DNA of 64,000 nt. It comes from Oscillospiraceae bacterium (GTDB lineage Bacteria; Bacillota; Clostridia; Oscillospirales; JAKOTC01). The stretch is taken from positions 4,157-68,156 of the forward strand of contig DAOPZJ010000003.1 of NCBI GenBank assembly GCA_035353335.1, written 5' to 3'. A program made the position numbers and the translations under genes. Shown one piece after another: positions 1-8,776 of the stretch (within the stretch, counting starts at the first letter, position 1; every line of letters begins with the position of its first letter). The notes under the pieces are model-generated. The model searched no databases. It saw only the letters and a list, made by a program, of their open reading frames with translations, and was not told the origin of the DNA.

Positions 1-732
1 GGAATTGATCGTAAATGTGCCATCCGTGACCGTGATACTGCTACGTCCGCGGATTGCGTCGTTTACCGCCGTGATGATATAGGTGCCGCCTGCGATTACA
101 AGGTTATCCTTGGACAGGATTCCGTTTTGATAATTCGCGTTTACGGTCAGCGTACCGGTGCCGTTGATCGTGAGGTCGTCTTTCGAAAAAACGGCGGCGT
201 TGGGCTCGTCTGTGCCGGACTCGAGAGTGTAGGAGGAACCGTCTGAGATCGTGTTTTGAGTCCCCGCCGCCAGTGTGATGATGATTTTCTCGCTCTGCAC
301 ACCGTAGATACCGCTTCCGTAGGAGCACTTGATATTGACACCGTTGAGCACCAGAATGATCTTATCTTCTTTGCCTGCGTTGACGATGATTTGCCCGTTG
401 TTCAGCGTTCCGCTGACTGTATAAGTGCCCGCTCCGGTGATGGTGGCCGTGCTGCCGCTCACTTTGATGTTGGAGCCGGAAGCCTTAACGGAATCGCCGT
501 TTAAGACAATCGTGTTTTCACTTGTGGGTGAAGCTGCGGTCGTGTCTTCGGCTTTAACCTTGTTTTCAACCGGTGTTACGCTGGCTTTGATGTCGCTGCT
601 TACTTCAGCGGTCGAGGTTAATGACGAAAGGGAACCGGAGGATATCACCGCCGAAGAGCCGTTTGGCGAAACCGAGCAACCGGCTGCAAGGAGCACGACA
701 GCGGCACACAAAATTATGAATAACTTTTTCAA
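1..732 (-). CDS. lipoprotein with carbohydrate-binding / parallel beta-helix-like repeats (DUF4353-like); 3' end cut by window edge
   Basis: My own minus-strand translation; the ORF track omits it because it runs off the window. RBS GAGAAGGG then TTG at 732 gives MKKLFIILCAAVVLLAAGCS (lipobox). An S/T-rich linker follows, then repeats such as ITGAGTYTVSGTLNNGQIIVNAGKEDKIILVLNGVNI. The frame stays open to position 1. An alternative in-frame ATG at 750 overlaps the upstream TGA. Confidence 0.7.
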   Translation of the reverse strand, partial: MKKLFIILCAAVVLLAAGCSVSPNGSSAVISSGSLSSLTSTAEVSSDIKASVTPVENKVKAEDTTAASPTSENTIVLNGDSVKASGSNIKVSGSTATITGAGTYTVSGTLNNGQIIVNAGKEDKIILVLNGVNIKCSYGSGIYGVQSEKIIITLAAGTQNTISDGSSYTLESGTDEPNAAVFSKDDLTINGTGTLTVNANYQNGILSKDNLVIAGGTYIITAVNDAIRGRSSITVTDGTFTINS

Positions 733-746
733 ATAAAGCCCTTCTC

Positions 747-1418
747 TCATAATTCCTCGCGGATCGTGCTGCCGATTTTGCCGCAGCTGACGTTGAGATT
801 GCCGTTGCGGCAGCGCAGCGCGTCGAGGAACTTCTTTTCAATCAGATTGCCGTTTAGGACGATTCTGTATTGCAGCTCGAACATGCTGCCGAGATTGGTG
901 GTTTTAACCCGGACCAATTCGCTTTTTTTGGTATATGTTGCAAAGATGTCATCAAACGCTCCGTTGTAATCAAGCGATTCCGGGATAGTGATTTTCAGCT
1001 CACGCTCGTCGTCACGGATATCGCCGTATTTAACCGTGAATAAGATTAAGGTCAACGCGGAAGCGGCAGCAAAAATGATGGCTGCGTAGGCGATATAGCC
1101 CATTCCGGTTGCGATGCCGACCGCAACGGCCATAAAGACCGCCGAGATTTCGCGGGCGCTGCCGGGCGCGGAGCGAAAGCGTACCAAACTGAACGCTCCG
1201 GCCACGGCTACACCGGCGCCGATATTGCCGTTGACCATCATGATGACGGCTTGAACCAATACCGGAAGGAGGGCCAGGGTCACGATGAGACCCTTTGAAT
1301 AAGTGTTTTTATAAGTATGGAGGAGTCCCAGGAGAACGCCGAGGACGATCGAGGTCAGCGTGCATAACAACAGCGAACCGATGGTCAGCCCCTCCGAAGA
1401 AACAATCGTATCAAGCAC
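747..1418 (-). CDS. DUF4956 domain-containing membrane protein
   Basis: 223 aa. GTG start with RBS GAAGGGAGG. About 4 TM helices, the motif SLVRFRSAPGSAREI and a soluble C-terminal domain. Overlaps the VTC gene stop by 8 nt (translational coupling). Confidence 0.8.
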   Translation of the reverse strand: MLDTIVSSEGLTIGSLLLCTLTSIVLGVLLGLLHTYKNTYSKGLIVTLALLPVLVQAVIMMVNGNIGAGVAVAGAFSLVRFRSAPGSAREISAVFMAVAVGIATGMGYIAYAAIIFAAASALTLILFTVKYGDIRDDERELKITIPESLDYNGAFDDIFATYTKKSELVRVKTTNLGSMFELQYRIVLNGNLIEKKFLDALRCRNGNLNVSCGKIGSTIREEL

Positions 1419-2139
1419 AGATAATGCCTCCCTTCAAATTTCGTAACTCTGGAAATATATAATCGGTATAGCAGGTACCGTACTTGGAAAATGAAGTCGG
1501 CACAATGCCGTTTTGCTCAAAGAACCCGCAAAGCCACAGCGGAATCGCTCCGGCGGTCTTGATTTCGATCAACCGCTCGTCATTTCGTATGATCGGCGTG
1601 CCTTCGCAGCCGAGCGTCGGAGATAATCTGTTCGTGCGCATTCGGATGCCGCTGTCGACGGTCAGGCGGAGATTGGGGTCGATATTATCGTAAAAGGCCT
1701 CGCGTTCATAAGCGATAAACGCCTTCGGAAGGGGTTGATAAAACCGCATAAAGTATTCGATCTCCCGCCCGATCTGACATTCTCGCCCCTCTCCGGGCTT
1801 TCCGTCCATCCAGTCGGCGGCATTCCTGAGCGGCATCCCGATACGCCTTTTATAAACGACGCCCTTATATTTTTTCTTGAGCTCCAGAAAAACCTTGTCC
1901 TCGGACTTCGGGATACCGTAACAGCGCAGCCTTAATTTTTCTTTATAGACAGGCTTCTCAAGCGAAGCGCGGATAATCCGGTAGTCATCGGTGTCGAAGT
2001 AGACACTGCAGATCGTGCTCTTGCCGAAGGCATCCGGGTGCATCTTGTCTTCGGCAAGCCCGGAGAGCCGCGCGGCCTGATCGCGGTCGAGGATATATTT
2101 TTGTTCGTAACGTTTGAAAACCGTTGTAAAGTCTTTCAT
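1411..2139 (-). CDS. VTC-domain (polyphosphate polymerase-like, CYTH/triphosphate-tunnel fold) protein
   Basis: The ORF-track start at 2442 is over-extended. ATG 2139 with RBS AAAGAGGTG gives MKDFTTVFKRYEQKYIL. It has alternating charged beta-strand motifs (KLRLRCYG, VFLELKKKYKGVVYKRR, RLIEIKT) and no TM segment. Confidence 0.8.
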   Translation of the reverse strand: MKDFTTVFKRYEQKYILDRDQAARLSGLAEDKMHPDAFGKSTICSVYFDTDDYRIIRASLEKPVYKEKLRLRCYGIPKSEDKVFLELKKKYKGVVYKRRIGMPLRNAADWMDGKPGEGRECQIGREIEYFMRFYQPLPKAFIAYEREAFYDNIDPNLRLTVDSGIRMRTNRLSPTLGCEGTPIIRNDERLIEIKTAGAIPLWLCGFFEQNGIVPTSFSKYGTCYTDYIFPELRNLKGGIICA

Positions 2140-2248
2140 GGAGAGCACCTCTTTGCCAAGTTGAAAACAGTTCGGAATTATGTTAAAATGAATCGGAAGT
2201 TTTGCATGGGGTCTGCCCTGCAGGTATGCTTTTATTCTAAACAATTTA

Positions 2249-2288
2249 CTGAAATTACTCTGAAAAACCGGTTTCAGGTTTTTTTCAG
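2249..2288. promoter_or_regulatory. phased CTGAAA/TTTCAG hexamer array, candidate response-regulator operator in the divergent promoter region
   Basis: CTGAAA at 2249 and 2260, TTTCAG at 2272 and 2283, with spacings of 11/12/11 nt. A TAAAAT -10-like hexamer at 2299-2304 lacks a good -35. Confidence 0.45.
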
Positions 2289-2373
2289 TTTCGCACGATA
2301 AAATAACATATATCAGATGCTCGCGCGGCGTGGGCGCCTGAAAAACGAATGATACCGAAAGGAGCTGTTTTGC

Positions 2374-3048
2374 TTGAGAGTACTCGTGGTGGAAGACGAA
2401 AAACGTCTTGCGGAGGCGCTTGCGCAGATATTGAGCGAGCATAAATTCGACGCCGAGACCGTTTACACCGGAACCGACGGTCTTTATTACGCCAAAAATT
2501 CCGCCTATGACGTGATTATCCTCGACGTGATGCTGCCCGGCATGACCGGCTTTGAAGTCGTTAAACAGCTGCGCGCCGAAAAAATCGCCACACCGGTATT
2601 GCTGCTCACAGCCCGTGATGAGATCAACGATAAAGTCAGAGGGCTTGACTATGGCGCCGACGATTATATGACCAAACCCTTTTCACCTGATGAGCTGATG
2701 GCCCGGGTGCGGGCGCTCTCCCGGCGGCAGGGGGAGGTGATCACCGACCAAATCGCTTTTGCCGACATTACACTCGATCTCTCTTCTTATGCGCTTAAAA
2801 AGGACGAAAAATCAGTCCATTTGGGTTATAAGGAATTCTCGGTGCTCCGGCTTCTGATGGCAAATCCCAACACGGTCGTTCAAAAAGAGTCGATCATTTT
2901 AAAAGTCTGGGGCTGCGACTCCGATGCTGAGGACAACAACATCGAGGCCTATATCTCGTTTTTGCGCAAAAAGTTCTTCTTTCTCGGCTCCAAAGTCAAC
3001 ATCGGCACGGTTCGAAAGGTCGGTTACCGGCTGGAGGTTCTCGAATGA
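2374..3048 (+). CDS. OmpR/PhoB-family response regulator
   Basis: TTG start with RBS AAAGGAG. Receiver domain (VLVVEDE, IILDVMLPGMTG, KPF) plus a winged-helix C-terminus (VGYRL). Confidence 0.93.
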   Translation: MRVLVVEDEKRLAEALAQILSEHKFDAETVYTGTDGLYYAKNSAYDVIILDVMLPGMTGFEVVKQLRAEKIATPVLLLTARDEINDKVRGLDYGADDYMTKPFSPDELMARVRALSRRQGEVITDQIAFADITLDLSSYALKKDEKSVHLGYKEFSVLRLLMANPNTVVQKESIILKVWGCDSDAEDNNIEAYISFLRKKFFFLGSKVNIGTVRKVGYRLEVLE

Positions 3049-4331
3049 TCAGGAAGCTGCGCGTCAAGTTCATTCTCATCAATATGCTGTCGGTATTTCT
3101 GGTGCTTGCGGCGGTCTTCGGCGTGTTGCTTTTCTCCTCGGCGAAACGGCTTTCCGACGGCAGCAATGCCGCGCTGATGATGGCCCTTTCCCGTGAAAAC
3201 GACTCAGAACAGTTTCCATGGGAAATCGGCGGTAAAAAAGATCAAACGGAACCGCTCAACCCCGGAAGCGGTCGGATAAAAGACGAATTCTCTTTTGTCC
3301 TTACTTTTACGGTAAAGGTCGATTCCGAGGATAAAATCCTCGCTACATATGGCTACGGTGCCGCGCCCGTCATCAGTGATGATGTACTGCAATCCGCCGT
3401 AGAAACCGCGCTTTCCGACCCGGACGGAAAAGGCGCAATCGCAAATCTGCACTTGCGTTATCAGGTCAAAAAGGGCCTTGACAATACCAAAATCGTTTTT
3501 GCCGACACAACCGGCGAGCGCCTTTATATGAATAACCTCATCCTCATCTCGCTGGAAGTCGGCATTCCGGCGCTTGCGGTCTTCTTTCTGCTCGCCTATC
3601 TGCTCTCGGGGCTTGCACTCAAACCGGCTAAAGCGGCATGGCAGCAGCAGCAGCGGTTTATCGCCGATGCCTCGCACGAATTAAAGACGCCACTGACGGT
3701 GATTTTGGCCAATACCGACATCCTGCTCTCACATCCCGAAGCAACGATTCAAAACCAGCAGAGATGGATCGAGAATACCAAAACCGAGGGCGAGCGGATG
3801 AAAAAACTCGCCGACAACCTGTTGTTTTTAGCCAAAACCGACGCTGCGGAACACACCGAATCTAAACCTACTCCGCATGTTCCCGTAAACCTCAGCGACA
3901 TCGCATGGAGTGCGTTGCTGCCGTTTGAATCGGTGGCGTTCGAACAGGGTGTTCAATTGAACAGCGATATCAAACCCGGCGTGACGGTGTACGGAAACGC
4001 CGATCAACTCAGCCGTCTGATTGTCATCCTGCTTGACAACGCTTGCAAATACAGCGGCAAAAACGGAAGCGTGACTCTGACACTTTCAAAAGAGCAGGGC
4101 AGGGCCAAATTCTCGGTGCACAATACCGGAAGCCCGATTGACAAAGCCGATCTGCCTTATATCTTCGATCGTTTCTATCGTGCGGACAAATCCCGGGCAC
4201 AGACGAGCGGGGGCCACGGGCTCGGCCTCTCAATCGCTAAATCCATTGTCGACGCCCATAACGGAAAACTTTCGGTCACAAGCAGCGCCGAACACGGCAC
4301 GACCTTCACCGCCGAATTCACAGCTAAATGA
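3045..4331 (+). CDS. sensor histidine kinase (two TM helices, about 140-aa extracytoplasmic loop, HisKA + HATPase_c)
   Basis: ATGA overlap with the RR gene. H-box FIADASHELKTPL, N-box LLDNACKYS and G-boxes HNTGSPI and GGHGLGLSIAKS. Confidence 0.92.
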   Translation: MIRKLRVKFILINMLSVFLVLAAVFGVLLFSSAKRLSDGSNAALMMALSRENDSEQFPWEIGGKKDQTEPLNPGSGRIKDEFSFVLTFTVKVDSEDKILATYGYGAAPVISDDVLQSAVETALSDPDGKGAIANLHLRYQVKKGLDNTKIVFADTTGERLYMNNLILISLEVGIPALAVFFLLAYLLSGLALKPAKAAWQQQQRFIADASHELKTPLTVILANTDILLSHPEATIQNQQRWIENTKTEGERMKKLADNLLFLAKTDAAEHTESKPTPHVPVNLSDIAWSALLPFESVAFEQGVQLNSDIKPGVTVYGNADQLSRLIVILLDNACKYSGKNGSVTLTLSKEQGRAKFSVHNTGSPIDKADLPYIFDRFYRADKSRAQTSGGHGLGLSIAKSIVDAHNGKLSVTSSAEHGTTFTAEFTAK

Positions 4332-4348
4332 AAGGAATATAAATTAAG

Positions 4349-5302
4349 ATGATAAAAAAGAGAGGTATCGTGCTCCTGATCGACGAGATCGACGATGTCT
4401 GGATGCAATTATGCAAGCAAGCGGAGTTCAATGTTCTGGGCGTTCACGAGGTCATCATGGAGAAACCCAACAGTGTCCAGAAAGTATTAAACCGTTTGGA
4501 AGAAAAACCGGTTCGGGAACAACTTGCCCGTTTTGAAAAAGCGGGAATCGAAGTCGAATTCGAACTGCATGCCGTCGAATGGCTGCTTCCTCGTTCCCTC
4601 TTTTCGGCTCAGCCCGAATTGTTCCGTCAAAATAACGAGGGGGAACGGGTTGCCGAAAACAACTGCTGCGTATCCAACCCGGTCTCGCTCGAACTCCTCT
4701 CGGAACGGGCACGTGTACTGGCAAAACTGTTAAATCAAACCGGGCATAACCACTATTATTGGATGGACGACGCGGAAAACGCGACTTGCCGGTGCGACGA
4801 ATGCCGCTGCCTCTCAGGCGCGGATCAAAACATGAAGATGATGAACGCCATCGCCGAAGGGCTGACTTCCGCTGACAAAAACGCAAAGGCGGCTTATCTG
4901 GCTTATGCGGACGCGCTGACGGTACCGAATATTAAACCGCATCCGTCGCTCTTTCTCGAATTTGCCCCGATTTTCCGAAACCATTTTGAACCGATCACAT
5001 CCGGTGATCCGAAGAACACGAAATACCGCGAACTGCTGACGGCGCTTTTAAAGATCTTCAACCCGGAAAACGCCCATATCCTCGAATATTGGCTGGACAA
5101 CGCTTTTTTTTCGCAGTATAAAAAGCCTCCGGTCAAGGTTCCCTTCGACCGAAAAGTCACCCAATCGGACGTTGCTTTCTACCGCTCGCTCGGCATCGAT
5201 TTCATCACCTGCTTCGGCTCCTATCTCGGAGACGACTATCGGATTCAGCATGGACTGCCGCCGATTTCCGAATATGGCGAAATCTTGAAAAACCAGCGGT
5301 AA
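4349..5302 (+). CDS. cytoplasmic DUF4838-like (glycosidase-fold) protein, function unknown
   Basis: RBS GAAAGGA, starting 17 nt after the HK stop. The motifs HAVEWLLP..PELF, CVSNP, YYWMDDAENATCRCDECR and AYLAYAD..KPHPSLFLEFAPI match my recollection of the DUF4838 pattern. No signal peptide. Confidence 0.6.
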   Translation: MIKKRGIVLLIDEIDDVWMQLCKQAEFNVLGVHEVIMEKPNSVQKVLNRLEEKPVREQLARFEKAGIEVEFELHAVEWLLPRSLFSAQPELFRQNNEGERVAENNCCVSNPVSLELLSERARVLAKLLNQTGHNHYYWMDDAENATCRCDECRCLSGADQNMKMMNAIAEGLTSADKNAKAAYLAYADALTVPNIKPHPSLFLEFAPIFRNHFEPITSGDPKNTKYRELLTALLKIFNPENAHILEYWLDNAFFSQYKKPPVKVPFDRKVTQSDVAFYRSLGIDFITCFGSYLGDDYRIQHGLPPISEYGEILKNQR

Positions 5303-5328
5303 TTGAACACCAAATTTCGCTTCGCCAC

Positions 5329-5357
5329 TTGCAAAAAATCTCGGGGTGTATTAAAAT
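5329..5357 (+). promoter_or_regulatory. sigma-A-type promoter (TTGCAA-17 nt-TAAAAT)
   Basis: -35 at 5329-5334 and -10 at 5352-5357. The GGAGG RBS and ATG 5388 lie downstream. Confidence 0.55.
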
Positions 5358-5387
5358 AGACGGGTATTACGACTTGGAGGTCTGAAA

Positions 5388-6494
5388 ATGTCAAAAATGA
5401 AGCATATTATTGCATTATTGCTGGTGCTTGTGATGTCCGCCGCCGCCTTATCCGCCTGCGGCCGGGATACCAAACCGATTGTCACGATCAAGGGACAGGC
5501 CTTCAGCGTCGAACAGTTCCTGATGTTCCAGCTGGACGCTTACAATACAATGGCAAATAAAATGAGCTACACCTTCAACCAGCAGAAGGACGACGGCACT
5601 TATCTGACTGTTAAAGAACAGATGGCGCTGTATAACAACATCGACGGCAACCGTGTCGACGTCTGGATCAGCGCGACGACACTCGAGGAACTGCGAAAGG
5701 TCGTCTATTATGACAAGGCGCTTGCCGACGCCGGCATCACAGTCTCGCAAGAGGAAATTGACAAGGCAAAAGAGCAGGCAAAGGCCATCTACGATTATTA
5801 CGAGGCCTATTATAACGGCTACTACACCCGCAACGGCATCAACGAATCATCCGTTGAATTTTGGCTGATTAACAGTTTAAAAGAAAACAAACTGTTTAAG
5901 AGCATTTATGACACCGACGGAACCCAGGCGGTTCCCGAAGAAAGCATCAAAGCCCACTTCGGCGAGATGTATGCCAGCGCTAAGATCATGAAAGTCCCCT
6001 ATTATAATGAAAAAAGCGGCGTGGTTCTGACTGACGAACAAGTTGCCAACATCGAAACCTTCTGCCAGACTGCGGTCGAAAAGCTCAATAACGGCCAAAT
6101 CGACATCGATACGCTGTATTATAATTTCCTGCTCGCCAACAGTTTGATCAAAGAAGGCGATAAAGTGGATCCGATCGCGCCGGTTCTGTTCGATTTGAGC
6201 AACAATGACTATACCACCGATATGATCACCGCTTACAAAGCGCTCCAAATCGGCAAGGCGGGATATACCAAAGATACCGATAAAGGTTATTTCTTCATCT
6301 ATTTGAAAGGCGACCCGCTGACCGACGATGCCTCGAATTATTCCAATTACCGCGACGCCGTTCTGCGCGACCTCAAAGACACCGAATTCCAAAATAACAT
6401 CATGACCATCACCGGAGACTACGATATCGAGATGAGCAAATATCTGATGAATAAATATCTGCCGGAAAATATCCAAAAGCAGACCGAGGACTGA
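5388..6494 (+). CDS. lipoprotein, PrsA/SurA-like putative foldase with degenerate parvulin region
   Basis: Signal peptide MSKMKHIIALLLVLVMSAAALSAC (lipobox). Helical chaperone-like N-terminal part. A parvulin-like segment (ASAKIMKV ... KGYFFIYLKG) lacks the usual HIL signature. Confidence 0.55.
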   Translation: MSKMKHIIALLLVLVMSAAALSACGRDTKPIVTIKGQAFSVEQFLMFQLDAYNTMANKMSYTFNQQKDDGTYLTVKEQMALYNNIDGNRVDVWISATTLEELRKVVYYDKALADAGITVSQEEIDKAKEQAKAIYDYYEAYYNGYYTRNGINESSVEFWLINSLKENKLFKSIYDTDGTQAVPEESIKAHFGEMYASAKIMKVPYYNEKSGVVLTDEQVANIETFCQTAVEKLNNGQIDIDTLYYNFLLANSLIKEGDKVDPIAPVLFDLSNNDYTTDMITAYKALQIGKAGYTKDTDKGYFFIYLKGDPLTDDASNYSNYRDAVLRDLKDTEFQNNIMTITGDYDIEMSKYLMNKYLPENIQKQTED

Positions 6495-6550
6495 TATTTT
6501 CCTTCCGCCGGCAAATACTAACCACGTATTTTTGCGCAGCGGAGGCAGCT

Positions 6551-7246
6551 ATGGAGATTATCTGTACCGAAAACATCTATAAGGTTTACAACAAAGGGCG
6601 AAATGAAGTCAAAGCACTTGACGGCGTTTCGCTTTCTGTTATAAAGGGGGAATTTGTGGCGGTGATGGGCCGCTCGGGTTCCGGAAAGTCAACGCTTCTC
6701 AATATTCTCGGCTGCCTCGACGTCCCGACCGGGGGACAATATTTTCTGTTCGGAAAACTTTCCGACCGTTATGACGAAAAGGAGCTCTCGGGCATCCGCA
6801 ACCACCGTATCGGTTTTGTGTTCCAAAGTTATAATCTCATTCCGTCTCTCTCTGCGGCCGAAAACGTTGAGCTCCCGCTGTTGTACCGAGGCGTCGAGCG
6901 CGGAGAACGCCGCCGCCTCGCCCTCGAAGCCCTTGAAAAAGTCGGTCTTTCCGAGCGGAGCGAACATCGGCCTTCCAAAATGTCCGGCGGGCAGCAGCAG
7001 CGGACTGCGATCGCGCGGGCAATCGCCGCAGACCCGGATATCCTGCTCGCCGACGAGCCGACCGGAAATCTCGGCCGCACCTCGGGCGAGGGCGTCATGA
7101 ATTTACTGACCCTCTTGAACAAAAACGGTAAGACAGTTATAATGATTACGCACGATCCTTTGGTCGCGGCATATGCAAGCCGGGTTGTGACCATCAGCGA
7201 CGGCAAAATCGCATCCGATGAGAGGAGCGCCTATGAAGCAGGTTGA
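6551..7246 (+). CDS. ABC transporter ATP-binding protein (MacB/LolD/FtsE-like), no adjacent permease
   Basis: Walker [10 protein letters not shown], signature MSGGQQQR, Walker B ILLADEPT and H-loop ITHD. Confidence 0.9.
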   Translation: MEIICTENIYKVYNKGRNEVKALDGVSLSVIKGEFVAVMGRSGSGKSTLLNILGCLDVPTGGQYFLFGKLSDRYDEKELSGIRNHRIGFVFQSYNLIPSLSAAENVELPLLYRGVERGERRRLALEALEKVGLSERSEHRPSKMSGGQQQRTAIARAIAADPDILLADEPTGNLGRTSGEGVMNLLTLLNKNGKTVIMITHDPLVAAYASRVVTISDGKIASDERSAYEAG

Positions 7247-7685
7247 AATTTTCACTGACGGCGCATGCCTCGGCAATCCGGGCCCGGGCGGTTATGGCAT
7301 CATCCTGAAATATAAGGGTACCGAGAAAGAACTATCGGGCGGCGAGCCGGAAACGACCAATAACCGCATGGAACTGACCGCCGCAATTGTCGCGCTCGAG
7401 GCGCTTAAAACACCTTGCGAAATCAAACTTTTCAGCGATTCTCAGTATCTGATCAACGCCTTTGAACTCGGCTGGCTTGAAAAGTGGAAGACAAGCGGTT
7501 GGAAACGCGCCGGAAACGAAGTCGTTAAGAACGCCGACCTTTGGCAGCGGCTCTCGGAGCTCACCGCGTTACATAAAGTCGAATTTATCTGGGTACGCGG
7601 CCACGACGGCCACCCCGAAAACGAGCGCTGCGACCGTCTGGCAGCCGGTTTTGCACAAAAACTTTCTGCGGAAACAAGATCGTAA
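7233..7685 (+). CDS. rnhA: ribonuclease HI
   Basis: ATG 7233 after RBS GAGGAG; the ORF-track start 7218 is less likely. Motifs [29 protein letters not shown] and [11 protein letters not shown]. Confidence 0.92.
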   Translation: MKQVEIFTDGACLGNPGPGGYGIILKYKGTEKELSGGEPETTNNRMELTAAIVALEALKTPCEIKLFSDSQYLINAFELGWLEKWKTSGWKRAGNEVVKNADLWQRLSELTALHKVEFIWVRGHDGHPENERCDRLAAGFAQKLSAETRS

Positions 7686-7688
7686 TAC

Positions 7689-7713
7689 TGTAGGGGCGAC
7701 TGCGTTCGCCCGC
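7689..7713 (+). repeat. REP-like element (GTAG head + GC-rich palindrome), single copy
   Basis: TGTAGGGGCGACTGCGTTCGCCCGC with stem GGGCGA/TCGCCC, located 4 nt after the rnhA stop. Confidence 0.6.
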
Positions 7714-7750
7714 TCAAATACATAAACTAAATTGAAAGAACGGTCTTTAC

Positions 7751-8776
7751 ATGAACAAGAAAAAAACCCTCTCGCTCCTTCTCTGTGCTGCTTTGATTAC
7801 AACCCTCTTCGGCTGTGCGAAACCCTCCGTTGAAAACACCGCTGTGCGCATCGCCTTTTTCCCGAACATCACCCATGCGCAGGGGCTGATCGGCTCCGCA
7901 AAAGACAGCTCCGGTTCCAGCCGCTTTGAGCAAGCGCTCAAGGGCTGTACCGTGGAATATAAATCTTTTAATGCCGGACCCGCCGAGATTGAGGCGATAT
8001 TCGCCGGCGAAGTAGACATCGGTTATATCGGGCCGGTTCCGGCCATCAACGGCTTTGTCCGTTCAGGCGGCGATGTGGTCATCATCTCGGGCGCGGCAAA
8101 CGGCGGCGCGGTTTTAGTGGCACGTGCCGATGCAAATATCACTTCCGTGGCGGACCTTGCGGGCAAGAAAGTGGCGGTTCCGCAGCTCGGGAACACCCAG
8201 CATCTCTCGTTGCTGCAGCTGCTCTCGGAAAACGGCCTTGCAACGACGTCTGCGGGCGGTACGGTCGATCTTTATGCAATTGAAAACTCCGAAATCAAAT
8301 CGATGATGCAGAGCGGCGGAATCGATGCGGCACTGGTTCCCGAGCCCTGGGGCACCCGCCTGATCAACGAAGTCGGCGCGAAGCTCATTTTGGATTATAA
8401 TCAAATCTGGCTAAACGGCAATTATTCGACGGCGGTGGTCATTGCCAACAAAGACTTTTTGACCGCGCACCCCGATCTCGTCGAAAAATTCCTTCAGGCG
8501 CATGCCGATATCACGAAATACATCAACCAAAACTCCGCTGAAGCGATGGCAACCGCCAATGCCCGCATCCAAGAGCTGACGGGGACCGCGCTTAAACCGG
8601 AAATCCTGACCGAAGCGGTTTCGCGCCTTGTTTTCACCAACGATCCGGCGCGCGAGTCGGTAGAGGCGTTCATCGACCTGTCAATCACTCAGGGCTTTAT
8701 CGATGCCTGCGACAACCGTGACGCATTGTTTTCGCTGGATATGATCAATAAAATCAATACGGAGTCCTCGAAATGA
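7751..8776 (+). CDS. ABC transporter substrate-binding lipoprotein, NitT/TauT (SsuA/NMT1-like) family
   Basis: Lipobox LFGCA. AFFPNITHAQ and GYIGPVPA are typical of sulfonate/nitrate/taurine-type binders. Confidence 0.85.
   Translation: MNKKKTLSLLLCAALITTLFGCAKPSVENTAVRIAFFPNITHAQGLIGSAKDSSGSSRFEQALKGCTVEYKSFNAGPAEIEAIFAGEVDIGYIGPVPAINGFVRSGGDVVIISGAANGGAVLVARADANITSVADLAGKKVAVPQLGNTQHLSLLQLLSENGLATTSAGGTVDLYAIENSEIKSMMQSGGIDAALVPEPWGTRLINEVGAKLILDYNQIWLNGNYSTAVVIANKDFLTAHPDLVEKFLQAHADITKYINQNSAEAMATANARIQELTGTALKPEILTEAVSRLVFTNDPARESVEAFIDLSITQGFIDACDNRDALFSLDMINKINTESSK

Noticed and set aside
2374-7246. Possible BceRS-BceAB-type peptide-antibiotic sensing module (OmpR-type RR + HK + MacB-like ATPase).
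   Set aside because: No BceB/FtsX permease is present. The HK has a large extracytoplasmic loop, unlike intramembrane-sensing kinases. The ATPase is separated from the two-component genes by two unrelated genes and its own promoter.
7686-7750. Riboswitch (e.g. TPP) upstream of the NMT1/SsuA-like ABC transporter.
   Set aside because: There are only 65 nt, most of them taken by a REP-like hairpin, and no riboswitch core motifs are visible.
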